Translations under genes and position numbers: made by a program
The notes under the pieces: model-generated
What the model was told of the DNA's origin: nothing
Seen by the model: the letters and a program-made list of their open reading frames with translations, nothing else
Database searches by the model: none
In this document: in pieces, positions 36,819 through 50,295 of the stretch
How positions within the stretch are numbered: the first letter of the stretch is position 1
Layout of the letters: every line of letters starts with the position of its first letter
Assembly: GCF_006345805.1 (NCBI RefSeq)
Contig: NC_042999.1
Coordinates: 119,164,001 to 119,228,000 of the forward strand
Direction of reading: 5' to 3'
Length of the DNA: 64,000 bases
Source: Octopus sinensis
Taxonomy: Eukaryota

Positions 36819-37109
36819 ATGTAGATATATATACATGTATATATTAATAATTATACACACAGACACACACCGACACAGATACACCCCCACACATCACATA
36901 TATCTATTACAAAATCTTTGTTTGAGATAGAAGCTGTATAAGAACTGAAAAGCATTGTTTATGGCCATTTTAATGTAGCTGCACTCTAAGAGATGAGGAT
37001 ACTGCTATTTAAAGGCTTGAAACATCAAAGACTGTCTCTTGGAGGAGAGCCACATTAAAGTAGCCATAAGCAATACTATTTGGTTCGTCTATTGCTTCTA
37101 TCTTTATTT

Positions 37110-37490
37110 TTATCTTTACTTGTTTCAGTCATTTGACTGAGGCCATGCTGGAGCACTGCTTTTAGTCGAGCAAATCAACCTCAGGACATATTCTTTGTAA
37201 GCCTGGTACTTATTCTATCGGTCTCTTTTGCCAAACCGCTAAGTTACGGGGACGTAAACACACCACCATCGGTTGTCAAGCGATGTTGGGTGGGGACAAA
37301 CACAGACACACAAACATATACACACACATACATATTGATATATATATACAGATATACGACGGGCTTCTTTCAGTTTCTATCTACCAAATCCACTCACAAG
37401 GCTTTTGTCGGTGCAAGGCTATAGTAGAAGACACTTGCCCAAGGTGCCACACAGTGGAAATTAACCCAGAACCATGTGGCTGGTAAGCAC
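37110..37490 (-). mobile_element. tRNA-derived SINE (21585-22010 family)
   Basis: Collinear match to 21585-22010. Confidence 0.85.
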
Positions 37491-38051
37491 GAATAAAGAT
37501 TTTCTAACTGACCAATTTCCTAGTTACAAAATCAGTGATTGCATGAGACTGTTTTTTATATATTGCAAGCATAGTAAAATGGTGCTATGTCTGGCAACGA
37601 GTACCTACCACTGAGGAGATCCAATATAGATGAAAACCACATTGTCTGGTTGTCTTAAAGCAGGAGTGGCAGGAGTTATCTCCCATTTGCAATAAAAACT
37701 GGGTGCAAGAAGTGCACTGAATAAACCAGCTGGAGGAAATGTTTTCCTAAAGTCAAATCTTAGAGGACAGCCACACATAAGTGGTTATAAACAATAACTT
37801 ACACAAATATATATCTTTTACCTTTTATTTTCTTTTTGTTTCAATCATTAGACTACAGCCATGTCATGGCATCACATTGAAGAAATTTTAGTTGAATCAA
37901 TAAATCCCAGTACTTAGTTTTTTAAAGCTTAGTACTTATTCTATCAGTCTATTTTAGTAAACTGCCAAGTTACAGCGATGTTAACATTGCAACACCAGTT
38001 GAGAAGAGGTGGTGATGGTAGGGAGGACAAATACAAAAGAAAAGATACATG

Positions 38052-38082
<31 letters not shown>

Positions 38083-39178
38083 TATAGACAGTTACTTATA
38101 TCCAATTGACTACTTCTAATGTCTTCTTTCCTCCCTGAGGAAAAGGAATATATGTTATAATATTTATGACCATACCTAGCCATGAGCTGTCAACTCACTC
38201 TTGTTCTTTATTCAAAAATAGACACAGTCTTCTAGTCTTAGATTTAGTGGTTGATAAAGAGATAAATGAATTAGAAATGAATTACACTCCCTTACAATAC
38301 TATGACACCAATAGGCTTCATGTGATTCTTGGAAGTGTTGTCTATTCTTAGCTACAGAAACAACAACATGAATTTCTTCTATCTTCTTGCTCTGTTAAAA
38401 TATTTAAGAAAAGTTATATCAATATGTCCTACTGGTTAAAATTCTATTTATTTATTTGTGCAGCTGAAGATGGCACTGCATTTAAATTGATGTAATGATT
38501 ACATTGTTCAATTAAATGGAGCCACTTGAAATGGTCATACTGCATCACTACTTGATATCCTGTTGCTTATTTTGATATATATATATATATTGTTGATTCA
38601 ACAAACAGAGAAAAAAGAAAAAGAAAAATCAAACAAATGTGTAGACGTAACACAAGCAATGTATTAATATAATGCTCGGAGAAAGAAGAGTGTTGTTGTT
38701 TTATGTTTTGAGCATAACTCTTCATTGGAAATAGGAAAAACAGGTAAGTCCAAATGTCGAGAAGAGTGAAGGAGGAAAAATCACCAACAGTCCACGTGTG
38801 GTTACATATCTGAAGTGACCGGAAGTAGCAAGAGGAAGTGAAAGTGCTTTCTGGGACAGGGGAGTGTGAAGATGGTTGGTATGTATGTTTGTGTGATGGC
38901 ATGTGTATGTATGGTAGTGTTTGTGTGTGTAGCAGTAATTGCATGCGGGTGTGTGCTTTTGGTAGTAACTCTGTGTGTGTGTGTGTGTGTGTGTGATAGC
39001 ATGTATGGTAGCATTTGTATGTGTGGTATTAACTGTGTGTGTGTTGGTGCTTGTGCGAGTAGTCTGTGTATATATGTGTATACACACACATACACATATA
39101 TATATGTATGTATATGTTCGTATATGTAAGCATTCGTATATGTATATATGTATATATATGTAATTATGTTCTGCATAT

Positions 39179-39237
39179 ATTCCTCCGATGAGGCAAAGCA
39201 TTTCTAAATGCAAAGCCAGAAATCTGGGATCTGGAAT
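39179..39237 (+). ncRNA. Hammerhead-like motif with a long stem II, probably a relic of a PLE-type terminal repeat
   Basis: ATTCCT-CCGATGA-GGC AAA GCATTT CT AAATGC AAA GCC-A-GAAA-T CTGGG A-TC-TGGAAT. Stems I and II pair; U4>C and a one-base insertion before GAAA. Confidence 0.5.
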
Positions 39238-39395
39238 TATTCAGTAATTTTTTACTAGTTTTATTTTGTCTTTTTGTCTTCACTCCTTGTGCTATATGAA
39301 CACTTAATATGGTTTTAGGGTCAGATCCTGGCTGCTATTTTCAGCATGACGGTATCTCGTAGATGCCCTAAGTTATAATTATATATATATGTATG

Positions 39396-39458
<63 letters not shown>

Positions 39459-39519
39459 AGCTATGTAGCTACATAAATACATGTGTGTGTGTATGTGTGT
39501 GTATCAAACATCACACAAG

Positions 39520-41100
39520 TTTTACTACCAAATATCAGAAGCCCGTTACAACTTGACAATAAAAGCTAAATTTCATATTCGAGAGGGTTTTCCACATGCA
39601 ATCAGGCAATATGTATAGCACTTACAGAAATACATCTATCAACAAATATAGCAAATGCAAAGATACACATGCTAAAGTATATTTTGTTTCATACAGGCAG
39701 GAAAACAGAAGCCATGGTAGTGTTGCCATGTTCATCCATGAAGACGTCACACTCTTAACCTTGTTATCATATTCAAATTAAGTCTGTGATACACTAATAG
39801 TACATATAAAACAATTTGATGCTTTAGTATGTACATAATATCTACCTGATACCTCAAATCATGATGGTAAATTTGAGAAAAGCCTTAGAATGGTAAAATT
39901 ACAAACAATTCTAGATCAATATATCAATATTTGTCTGTTGGATGCTTCCATAACATCAAATAGCCCAAAGGCAATGTAATCTCAGGAATGTATCAACAAA
40001 ATAAAGAGGCAGAATCTCAAGTTGATCTCACAAAATTGATGTTCATGGAACAAATAATACAGCAATAAAATCAAGGGCTTCTGTTTCACTAATAACATGA
40101 AATTTACTTATAATGTGAAGGTGATACCAACAATTTTATCAGACCATTGTAGAAGTAAAAATGTAGACGTAAAAATAATAGAAATAATGTATGATACAAA
40201 TTAAATCAAAGATGCCGAACTCTATGCAACCTGAATTTTTACAAAACTGACAGGAAATCAGTTTAAAAAAGATTCTGAAATCTTTCTTTGAAAGACAAGG
40301 AAATGAAAATTGAAGAATTTATGTCAATAATGCAAGTCTTAAATTTGTCCCAAAGAGAAGAGCAATTACACACAAAAATATTGTTTCTAGAAGTAGGAGT
40401 GTATCTATGAGATGAAAAATAAAGTTCACAAATCACTAAAATAAACAACTTAGGAGTCTCACTTAAAAAAAAATGTGTTTTCAGAGATTGAAAGCAGACT
40501 TAAGTTCTCTAAAGAAAAAATGGTAAGAAATAGTAACAAGAGGTGTTGAAAATATAAAAATGAAATCTAAGGCTGTCTCCAAATTTGTAAAAACATTTGC
40601 ATTGTTGCATTATAAGAAAGAGCTATAGTTTGAAGAAAATGGCTAACATGATGCAGATCTCAAAAGAATAAGCGAAATATTAAATAAACCATTCTAAAAT
40701 GTTTTCATTTCCATATTGAGAGATATGCAAGTAAATATGCCTGTTGAATTCCTCAATACAATAGCTCTACAAAGAGAAGAGGATACCATCAGTAACATTG
40801 GAGGAGGATGTGATAATGGTCATTGACAAAATGATTGTGAACTCAGCAATATGACTTGAAGGTTTTCCAGAGATTCTTTTAAAGACAAGCAAGAAAGCTC
40901 CTGCTAAAACCACTGCAAATACTTTTCCAGAGCTTCCTTGCCTGTGGCAAACGTCACAAAAATTAAAACAATGTATAACTTGCTCTTTCCATTAAAGAGG
41001 AAGCAGAGCAAATGCTAAAATTTACAGGCAGATTTCACTATCTCATATGTTAGCAAATTCATGGGATGCATTGTCAGAATGAAGCTGATCAAGTTCCTAG
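39520..41100 (+). mobile_element. Degenerate LINE ORF2 (CR1/Jockey-like): APE endonuclease, linker and start of RT
   Basis: Fragments RQENRSHGSVAMFIHED, VKVIPTILSDH, and a YRPISL-like segment followed by VSKFMGCIVRMKLIKFL occur in the expected order, with many stops. Confidence 0.7.
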
Positions 41101-41114
41101 CATTAACCCTTTAG

Positions 41115-41525
41115 CAACAAGCATCATTGCCAGAGCAACAAGCTGGCCTCTATGCCGATGGCACATAAAAAGCACCATTCGAGCATGATCGTTACCTGCG
41201 TCGCCTTACTGGCACTTGTGCTGGTGGCACGTAAAAAAACATTTGAGCGAAGTCATTGCCAGTGCTGCTGGACTGACTCCTGTGCAGGTGGCACGTAAAA
41301 AGCACCATTTCAGTATGGTTGCTGCCAGTACCGCCTGACTGGCTCTCGTGCTGGTGGCATGTAAAAGCACCCATTACACTCTTGGAGTGGTTGGCGTTAG
41401 GAAGGGCATCCAGCTGTAGAAACTCTGCCAGATCAGATTGGAGTCTGGTGCAGCCATCCGGTTTGCCAGACCTTAGTCAAATCGTCCAACCCATGCTAGC
41501 ATGGAAAGCGATGATGATGATGCAG
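41115..41525 (+). mobile_element. RTE 3' UTR fragment with (GAT)n tail
   Basis: Collinear with 11780-12205. Confidence 0.8.
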
Positions 41526-41734
41526 CTTGGAATTTTGTCAGTGAACAGGTCACGGTCTCAAAGCAATGAAAATATTTTGGCAAATTAAATTTAAATGTTG
41601 GAGTGAATCTAACGGTTGTTGTGTGTTTCTTAAATGGCTTATAAACACCTTCCATGCTGCAATTGTTTTCGTTCCAGCACACGATCTCAGATCAGGTCAC
41701 TTGCTATGCAAGTACATCTCCATAATATATATAT

Positions 41735-42180
41735 AACATCATCATCATCATCATCATCATTTAGCGTCCGCTTTCCATGCTAGCATGGGTTGGACGGTTC
41801 AACTGGGGTCTGTGAAGCCAGAAGGCTGCATCAAGCCCAGTCTGATTTGGCAGTGTTTCTATGGCTGGATGCCCTTCCTGCTTTTTACGTGCCACCCGCA
41901 CAGGTGCTAGACGGAGCTGGCAAACGGCCATGGATGGATGGTGCTTTTTATGTGCCACCGGCACAGAGGCCAGTTGGGGCGGCGCTAGCAATGGCCATGA
42001 TCGGATGGTTCGCTTACTTGTCACCGGCACTGGTATCACAGCTACAATTTCCATTGATGTTGATTGACTTCGATTTTGGTTCTGCTTTCTGATATCTGAT
42101 TTGATTTGGTTTGATTTTGATTTTGATTTTCTCTTGCCTCAACGGGTCTTCACAAGTGGAATTTTGTGTCCCAAGAAGGA
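41735..42180 (-). mobile_element. RTE 3' UTR fragment, minus strand
   Basis: (CAT)n followed by the reverse complement of the 48480-49047 tail. Confidence 0.8.
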
Positions 42181-42235
42181 AAGATATGTATAAGTCGACT
42201 GGCTACATACCAGGTAGAGGCCACTATATATTATA

Positions 42236-42303
<68 letters not shown>

Positions 42304-42455
42304 ATGAACTATCAGTTTCTGTCAACCAAATCCACTCATGAGTCTTTGGTTAGTCTGAGGTTATAGGAGAAGACACTTGCCTAAGTTGTCATGCAGTGGG
42401 ACTGAACCCATAACCATGCAGCTGGTTAGCAAGCTACTTACCACTCAGCTACTTC

Positions 42456-42494
<39 letters not shown>

Positions 42495-42500
<6 letters not shown>

Positions 42501-43008
42501 TATATAAAACTGTAGTTGTGTGAGTGTCTGTCATCCTTCAATTTAGATTCCTAACTACTCCTACATTTTGCGGTGCAGTTTAACCAAATTCGGGTATCTT
42601 ATAGTCGTGATTCATATCGAGCCCGTCTGAGTATTAGCGCGCGTCTACGATGAGTCTACGATTTAAAAAATAATTTAACATCATTTTTTATTCCATTTTA
42701 ATGCATAATTTTTCGTGTGCCGATGGCGGCGGAGTTGGCGTCCATGGTCACACCTGCACCTGTTTGCTTCTCCCCCTTCTTCCTTCCCTCATGAAGCTGT
42801 GGGGAAGGGAGTGTAAGGAAATTAACGTCGTAAAGCGTTGTCAAGGAGACCAGCGTTCTTTTAGAACAACGACTTCATGGCTTGAAGACACCAAAACAGA
42901 AATGGCTAAGAAAGCCCAAATTGGCATCTATAAGGGAAGTAACTCTCTAAAAATGCTTATATAGTTATTTCCCTTACAAACCCAAGCAACGCCGGGCAAT
43001 ACTGCTAG
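42495..43008 (+). mobile_element. Non-autonomous Helitron-like element
   Basis: The 3' end is CCCAAGCAACGCCGGG (hairpin) about 8 nt before a terminal CTAG followed by T. The 5' end TATATATAAAACTG lies in a (TA)n tract. CpG-rich, unlike the flanks. Confidence 0.7.
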
Positions 43009-44109
43009 TTATATATATATATATATATATGTCTTTGCATTAACTTCAACAGTCTTTCTTGTCCTATTCAACCTTTATGAAATACATAAATAGAAGGATA
43101 AATAGTAGAAAGAAAATAGTGAGAAATATCAATGATCACAATGACAACAAGAACAACAAAGAATAATGGAAAGAGTAGCAACATTAACAGTCTGTTAACC
43201 CTACAAAACATAAAGTATCACTATACATAAAAATAATTATTTAGCAAACTTTTTTTTAGCTTATTTACAAAAGTAAGGAGCATATTTTTTATGCCAAAAA
43301 CATAAATTTTAACACACACACACACACACACACACGTGTATATATAAATTTTTCAAATGTCAATAATTCAGCTACAACTGTCAGGTATTATAATTACTTG
43401 CATGCAATAATGTTGTTCAAACGAAAAGAATCTTTAGAGTTTATCCAAGTTTTCAATTCTGTTGTTTTCTTCCCAAGAGAATGTAGTATTTGAAGCATCA
43501 AGAATTATTAACAATAAGCATTATAAAGTTAATGCTCTTATTACTTCTGTGTGGAACTAGACAGAAAGTTTCTTTGGTATATGGAAATATTGAAGTATAT
43601 TACATTGTATTCTAACATTTCTTTGAATGTTGAAATATTCGAATAATTCTTAATATTCCTTTTGCCGTATTGAAATTTTTTGATCACTACAGAATTATCC
43701 TGTTTCATTACACCCACTTTATTCTCTTGTGCACAACACAAATCAACGGGAAAATTCGAATAATCTGCTAGAAATGGCAGCCAAATTCTGTTCAAATTGT
43801 ACCTTATCAATTACAGAAAAGAAACCATAATGTCTTTGTGTCCGTGTTTGTCCACCACCATCACTTGACAATCAGTGTTGGTGTCTTTACATCTGCCATA
43901 ACATAGCAGTTTGAGGTGTTCCAGCATGGCTGCTGTCAAATAACTGAAACAAGTGAAAGAGTGTAATCAGAAGTATTATGCTTGTGACTATCCTACCATT
44001 TTCTTTTAATTCTTTTGCAGGAGTAATGTTTCTCGGTCTACATTCTCCTATTAATTATTTATCCCTCCTTGAAAATAGCTGGTTGTGATTTGGGGGAAAA
44101 CTGTGAAGT

Positions 44110-44330
44110 GATTTGAAGTGACTGTGTTGGGAAGGTTCTCCCAACTGGCTTAGTAAAGAAAGTAAACTGAAGCATAAATTTAGAGCACTCACAGGTATCA
44201 TATTTGACCAAAAGAAAAAACAAACAACATCAGTGTATAAACAATACATAACACCCATCATGGACTATGCCAGCTCTGCATGAGTCCCTCGTCACTCAGC
44301 AACAGACCCTAATAATTAACAAAAAATACA
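44110..44330 (+). mobile_element. Possible LINE RT C-terminal remnant
   Basis: Encodes VYKQYITPIMDYASSA*VP, resembling the LYK..IRP.LEYAS..W.P thumb motif. Confidence 0.5.
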
Positions 44331-44514
44331 AAACAGTACATTCCATATCATTACATCTTATATATAGACCATACTCAGTAATTAACTGCACTAAAGAAAA
44401 ATACTATGTCAGTGGGATCACATGGACATGAAATGAATAATAGTTATTACTGAACCAAAATCTAAATCTCACAAACTGAGCAACATCATAAAGAATTCAC
44501 ATCCCAATATATAT

Positions 44515-46280
44515 ATTCTTTTATTTTTTTACTTCTTTCAGTCCTTTGGCTGTGGCCATGCTGGAGCACTGCTTTGAAAGGTTTTTTTTCAGTCAAAGAA
44601 ATCAATCCCAGGACTTATTTCTTAAGCCTAGGACTTATTTTATTGGTTTCTTTTGCTGAACTGGTAAGTTACGGGGACGTAAACGCACCAACACTGATTG
44701 TCAAGCAGTGATGGGAAGACAAACACAGATACAAAAATACACACACACACACACGACGAACTTCTCTCAATTCTCGTCTACCAAAGCCACTCACAAAGCT
44801 TTGGTGCAACATGCCATGCAATGGGACTGAACCTGGGACCATGTGGTTGGGAAGCAAACTTCTTACCACACAGACACACAGACAGACAGACATACTCACA
44901 CACAAATATCTTTTACCTGTTTCAGTCATTGGATTACAGAAATGCATGGGCACCATCTTGAAAGGTTTAGTCAAACAAACTGGTACTTATTCTATCGACC
45001 TCTTTTTGCTGAATTGCTAAGTTATGGGGGATGTAAACAAACCAACATCAGTTGTCAAGCGGAGGTAGGGTACAAACACGAAAAGGCACACAGATAGATA
45101 CACACACATTGGCAGACATACACACACACACACACACACACACCACACACACACACACAAACACACACCCATACATGCACACATATACATACAATACAGG
45201 GTTTCTTTGAGCTTCCTTCCACTAAATCCATTCACAAGGCCTTAGTTGGCCCAGGGCTAATCCAGAAGATAGTTGTCCAAGCTGCCATGCAGAAGGACTG
45301 AATCTGGAACCATATGGTTGGGAAGTAAGCTTCTCACCACATACCATACACATGCACACATGCATACACACATACACACACATACACACACATACATACA
45401 CATACACACTTACGCACACACACATACACACACAGACACAGGCACAGACACACACACAAGTATATACTCTTTACTCTTTTACTCTTTTACTTGTTTCAGT
45501 CATTTGACTGCGGCCATGCTGGAGCACTGCCTTTAATTGAGCAACTCGACTCCAGGACTTATTCTTTTGTAAGCCCAGTACTTATTCTATCCATCTCTTT
45601 TGCCGAACCACTAAGTAACGAGGACATAAACACACCAGCATCGGTTGTCAAGCAATGCTAGGACAAACACAGACACACAAACATATACACACAAACATAT
45701 ACATATATATGACAGGCTTCTTTCAGTTTCCGTCTACCAAATCCACTCACAAGGCATTGGTTGGCCCGGGGCTATAGCAGAAGACACTCACCGAAGGTGC
45801 CATGTATTGGGACTGAACCTGGAACCATGTGGTTGGTAAGCAAGCTACTTACCACACAGCCACTCCTGCGCCTATGGGGATATTCTTTTACTTGTTTCAT
45901 CATTTGACTGTGGCCTTAGTGGAGCACCACCTTTTTGTTTTTAGTGAAAGAAATCAACCCCAGGTCTTATTCTTTGTAAGCCTGGTACTTATTCTATTGG
46001 TATCTTTTGCCGAACCACTAAATTATGGGGACGTAAACACACCAACAATAGTTTTCAAGCGATGGTTGTAGAGACAAAAAAAAAACCCACACAAAGACAC
46101 AGACACAGACATGCACACACGTATATAATAGGCTTCTCTCAGTTTCTGTGAACCAAATGCACTCAGAAGGCTTTTGTTGGTCCAAGGCTATTGTAGAAAA
46201 CACTTGCCCTTAGTGCCATGCAGTGGGACTTAATACAGAACCATGTGGTTGGGAAGCAAGCTTCTTATAACACAGCCACT
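44515..46280 (-). mobile_element. Head-to-tail cluster of four tRNA-derived SINEs (about 44515-44875, 44910-45345, 45480-45872, 45880-46280)
   Basis: Each copy is collinear with 21585-22010, and all lie on the same strand. Confidence 0.85.
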
Positions 46281-46450
46281 CCATCCTTCCATCCATCCAT
46301 CCATCCATCCACCCACCCACCCACCCACCCAAAACCCATCCATCCATCCATCTATCTATCTATCTGTCTGTCTACCTGTCTGTCTATCTATCAACTTATC
46401 TATCTATTAATCTGTATGTGTGTATATTTGTGTGTGTGTGTGTGTGTGTG

Positions 46451-46495
<45 letters not shown>

Positions 46496-46984
46496 AAATG
46501 ACAACACTACTACAGCAGCATCCCAATAACTCTATATCTCCCACTTGTCCAAACAGACATAAACACATGTCCAAAAATAGCAGTATCATCACCAGACTCA
46601 CAAACACCATATACTGTGTTGAGATACTTGGCATCAATAATAAGTGCAATGGAACATCAACTGAGAAGCTGACTATGTCCATCTTGTCTACTGTTAATGT
46701 TGCCATCACCTGAATCAATGAGCATAATAATATAAATTGGATTGCGAAGAGAGTAGAACACGACCTGACTGCCAGAAGAAGCAGTATGGTACTCACCTTG
46801 GTGGAAGCATGGTATAAATAAAACAATACATCTCTATGTTACACCGAGTTGTCTGGCTGCAAATTAGATCTGTGCAATGATAAATAGATCACCTGGGACT
46901 ACAGAATACATAGTCAGTTGTTAACTTTGAATTGTTCACTTGACTTTATAATTCTAGAAACTCTCTTTGTACATTTATATGTGT

Positions 46985-47020
<36 letters not shown>

Positions 47021-47074
47021 ATATATATATATATATGTATGCATAGATAAATATATACATATAAGTACATACAT

Positions 47075-47345
47075 CATCATCATCATCATCATCATCGTTT
47101 AATGTCCGCTTTCCATGCTAGTATGGGTTGCACAATTTAACTGATGACTGGCGAGCCAGATGGCTGCACCAAACTCCAATCTTGATCTGGTAGAGTTTCT
47201 ACAGCTAGATGCCCTTCCTAATGCCAACCATTCCAAGAGTGTAGTGGGTGCTTTTACTTGCCATCGGCATGAGGGTCAGACAGGTGGTACTGGCAACAGT
47301 CACGCTCAAATGGTGTTTTTACATGTCACCTGCACAGGAGCCAGT
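47075..47345 (-). mobile_element. RTE 3' tail fragment
   Basis: (CAT)n plus GTCCGCTTTCCATGCTAG...GATGCCCTTCCTAATGCCAACCA. Confidence 0.75.
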
Positions 47346-47684
47346 ATTTATATATATACATATATATATATGTGTGTATATGTGTGTGTATGTACATATA
47401 TATGTATGTATGTATGTTTATAACAGGTATAGAAAACACTACCCTCCAAAATGAATATTATTTGTAAAAAAATAGCTAAAAATAGAAAAATAATATATGT
47501 AAAAAGCAACTAAAAATCAAAAATATATGCAAGAAAATGTCTAAATGTATGTATATAGAAATCTTTACTTAAATATATTCAATGAGAATATTATATACTT
47601 AATTTATATTGAGTGCTCTATTGTATCGAAGTATTAATAGTATTAAAGTATTTATATATTTAATATGAGCGATTATATATATAT

Positions 47685-49047
47685 AAGATGCACCAAGTGT
47701 AAGCTATGGACACATAAGAGATGCAGCAATGTCAAAGGAAGGCTAACTAGGAAGATGGTTTTTGTATGTGGCAGATGCTCAGGAACAATAAACACTGAAA
47801 ATGCTCTGAGACCAACTTCCGTCACTTTCCAGGGAGAAAAACTAGAAATAGTTGATAGTTTCCGTTACCTAGGTGACCAAGTCAGCAGCGGGGGTGGGTG
47901 TGCTGAAAGTGTAACTGCTAGAGTAAGAATAGCTTGGGCAAAGTTCAGAGAGCTCTTACCTCTGCTGGTGACAAAAGGCCTCTCGCACAGAGTGAAAGGC
48001 AGACTGTATGATGCATGTGTACGAACAGCCATGCTACATGGCAGTGAAACATGGGCCGTGACTGCTGAGGATATGCGTAAGCTCGCTAGAAATGAAGCCA
48101 GTATGCTCCGATGGATGTGTAATGCCGGTACTCACACTCGGCAGAGTGTAAGTACCTTGAGAGAAAAGCTGGACCTAAGAAGCATCAGTTGTGGTGTGCA
48201 AGAGAGACGTTTGCGCTGGTATGGTCATGTGGCGAGAATGGATGAAGATAGTTGTGTGAAAAAGTGCCACACCCTAGCGGTTGAGGGAACCTGTGGAAGA
48301 GGCAGACCCAGGAAAACCTGGGACGAGGTGGTGAAGCACGACCTTCGAACTTTAGGTCTCACTGAGGAAATGACTAGAGACCGAGACCTCTTGAAGTGTG
48401 CTGTGCGCGAGAAGACCCGGCAGGACAAGTGAGTCCACAACCCGTGGCCTTCTACATGGGATGGAGCCAGCCTACGTATGCATACCTTCCCTTCTTGGGA
48501 CACAAAACTCTACTTGTGAAGACGTGTTGAGGCAAGTGAGGATCAGAATCGAAATCGATCAATGGAAATTGCGGATGTGCTACCAGTGCCGGTGGCATGT
48601 CGAAACTCTGCTTGTGAAGACCCATTGAGGCAAGTGAGGATCAGAATCGAAATCGATCAATGGAAATCGATCAATGGAAATTGCAGATGTGTTACCAGTG
48701 CCGGTGGCATGTAAGAGAACTTTCCGTTTCGCGACCGTTGCCAGCACCGCCCCGTTTCGTGTCCGTTGCCAGCCTCGCCTGGCCCTCGTGCCGGTGGCAC
48801 ATAAAAAGCACCATCCGTTCGTGGCCGTTTGCCAGCTCTGTCTGGCACCAGTGCGGGTGGCACGTAAAAAGCACCCACTACACTCATGGAGTGGTTGGCG
48901 TTAGGAAGGGCATCCAGCCGTAGAAACACTGCCAGATTTGACTGGGCCTGATGAAGCCTTCTGGCTTCACAGACCCCAGTAGAACCGTCCAACCCATGCT
49001 AGCATGGAAAACGGACGCTAAATGATGATGATGATGATGATGATGAT
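47685..49047 (+). mobile_element. 5'-truncated RTE-clade LINE, young, with complete 3' UTR and (GAT)n tail
   Basis: The open frame 47665-48432 (IVDSFRYLGD, AWAKFRELLPLL, AMLHGSETW, RLRWYGHVARM, GRGRPRKTW) is followed by a tandem-repeat UTR and (GAT)n. Confidence 0.92.
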
Positions 49048-49679
49048 ATATTATCATTAATATCAGGAAATCAATATTAGAAAATTCTTCAGAAAGATAT
49101 ATATGTGTGTAAAATAATTGTATTAAAAATATAAATGTATATAAAAATATATGTAAATATGTATAAGTATAAATATATAATGTATATGACAGTTTAAAAG
49201 TTTTGAATTAAGTTTTAAAGCATCTTACGATCGTTTCATAGAAGTGCTGTCCCTATAATGGAATCCTATATTGATAGGCATTTATAGACAACTCTTTTGC
49301 TCTTTAGAGATATAAAATTTGAATTTTGTATATGTCGAATGGTAGTTTTTTTAAAAATTTGAAGTAATACTAAAAAATGGTGTTTATTTCAAATATAAAT
49401 TAAAAATTAAAAATTACTGCTTTTGAACTATAATTGGAATACAAGACAATATAATGAATTTTATACATAAATATTATGGATTATTACGGAAGACTAACCA
49501 AGGAAGTATATTTGGATTTAAAGATTCTCATACTAAAGTGTACTTACCAAGATCTAAACTGTTAATATAAGAATGTGAAGGAGATAGTTGAATAACTGTA
49601 AACTTGATTTTGGGCCACCCTGTATATACACACACGCACGCGTGCACACATACACAAACATATATACACACATGATGGG

Positions 49680-50295
49680 TATCTTTCTGTTTCCATTTAC
49701 CAAATCCACTCATGAAGCTTTGATTGGCCTCTTTTACTCTTTTACTCATTTATTCATTTACTTGTTTCAATCATTTGACTGTGGTCATGCTGGAGCACTG
49801 CCTTGAATGGATTTTTAGTAGAAGACATTGTCCCCAGGACTTATTCTTTGTAAACCTAATACTTATTCTATCAATCTCTTTTGCTGAGCTGCTAAGTTAT
49901 GGGGATGTAAACACACCAACATCGGTTGTCAAGCGATGGTAGTGGGGGGACAAATATAGACACAGCTACATAGATATATGCACATATATAAATATATACA
50001 TTTACTCACACACACACACACACACACACACAACAGGCTTCTTTCAGTTTCTGTCTATCAAATCCTCACACAAGGCTTTGTTTAGCCCAAGGCTATAGTA
50101 AAAGACACTCACCGAAGGTGCCATGCATTGGGACTGAACCTGGAACCATGTGGTTGGTAAGCAAGCTGCTTACTACGCAGTCACGCTGGAGCTATAGTAG
50201 AAAACACTTGCCCATAGTGCCATGCAGTGGGACAGAAGAACCTGAAACCATGTGGTTAGAAAGCAAACTTCTGATGACACAGTCATGCCTGCACT
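49680..50295 (-). mobile_element. tRNA-derived SINE copy plus extra partial copies
   Basis: Collinear with 21585-22010; the head segment is duplicated at 50180-50295. Confidence 0.8.

Noticed and set aside
43541-43810. 89-aa minus-strand ORF with ordinary composition
   Set aside because: It has no recognisable domain or clear splice context, and its length is within chance expectation.
46797-46856. Minus-strand 60-nt candidate exon with a strong AAG|GTGAGT donor
   Set aside because: The peptide (QTTRCNIEMYCFIYTMLPP) is unrecognisable and there are no partner exons. Such sites arise by chance in 64 kb.
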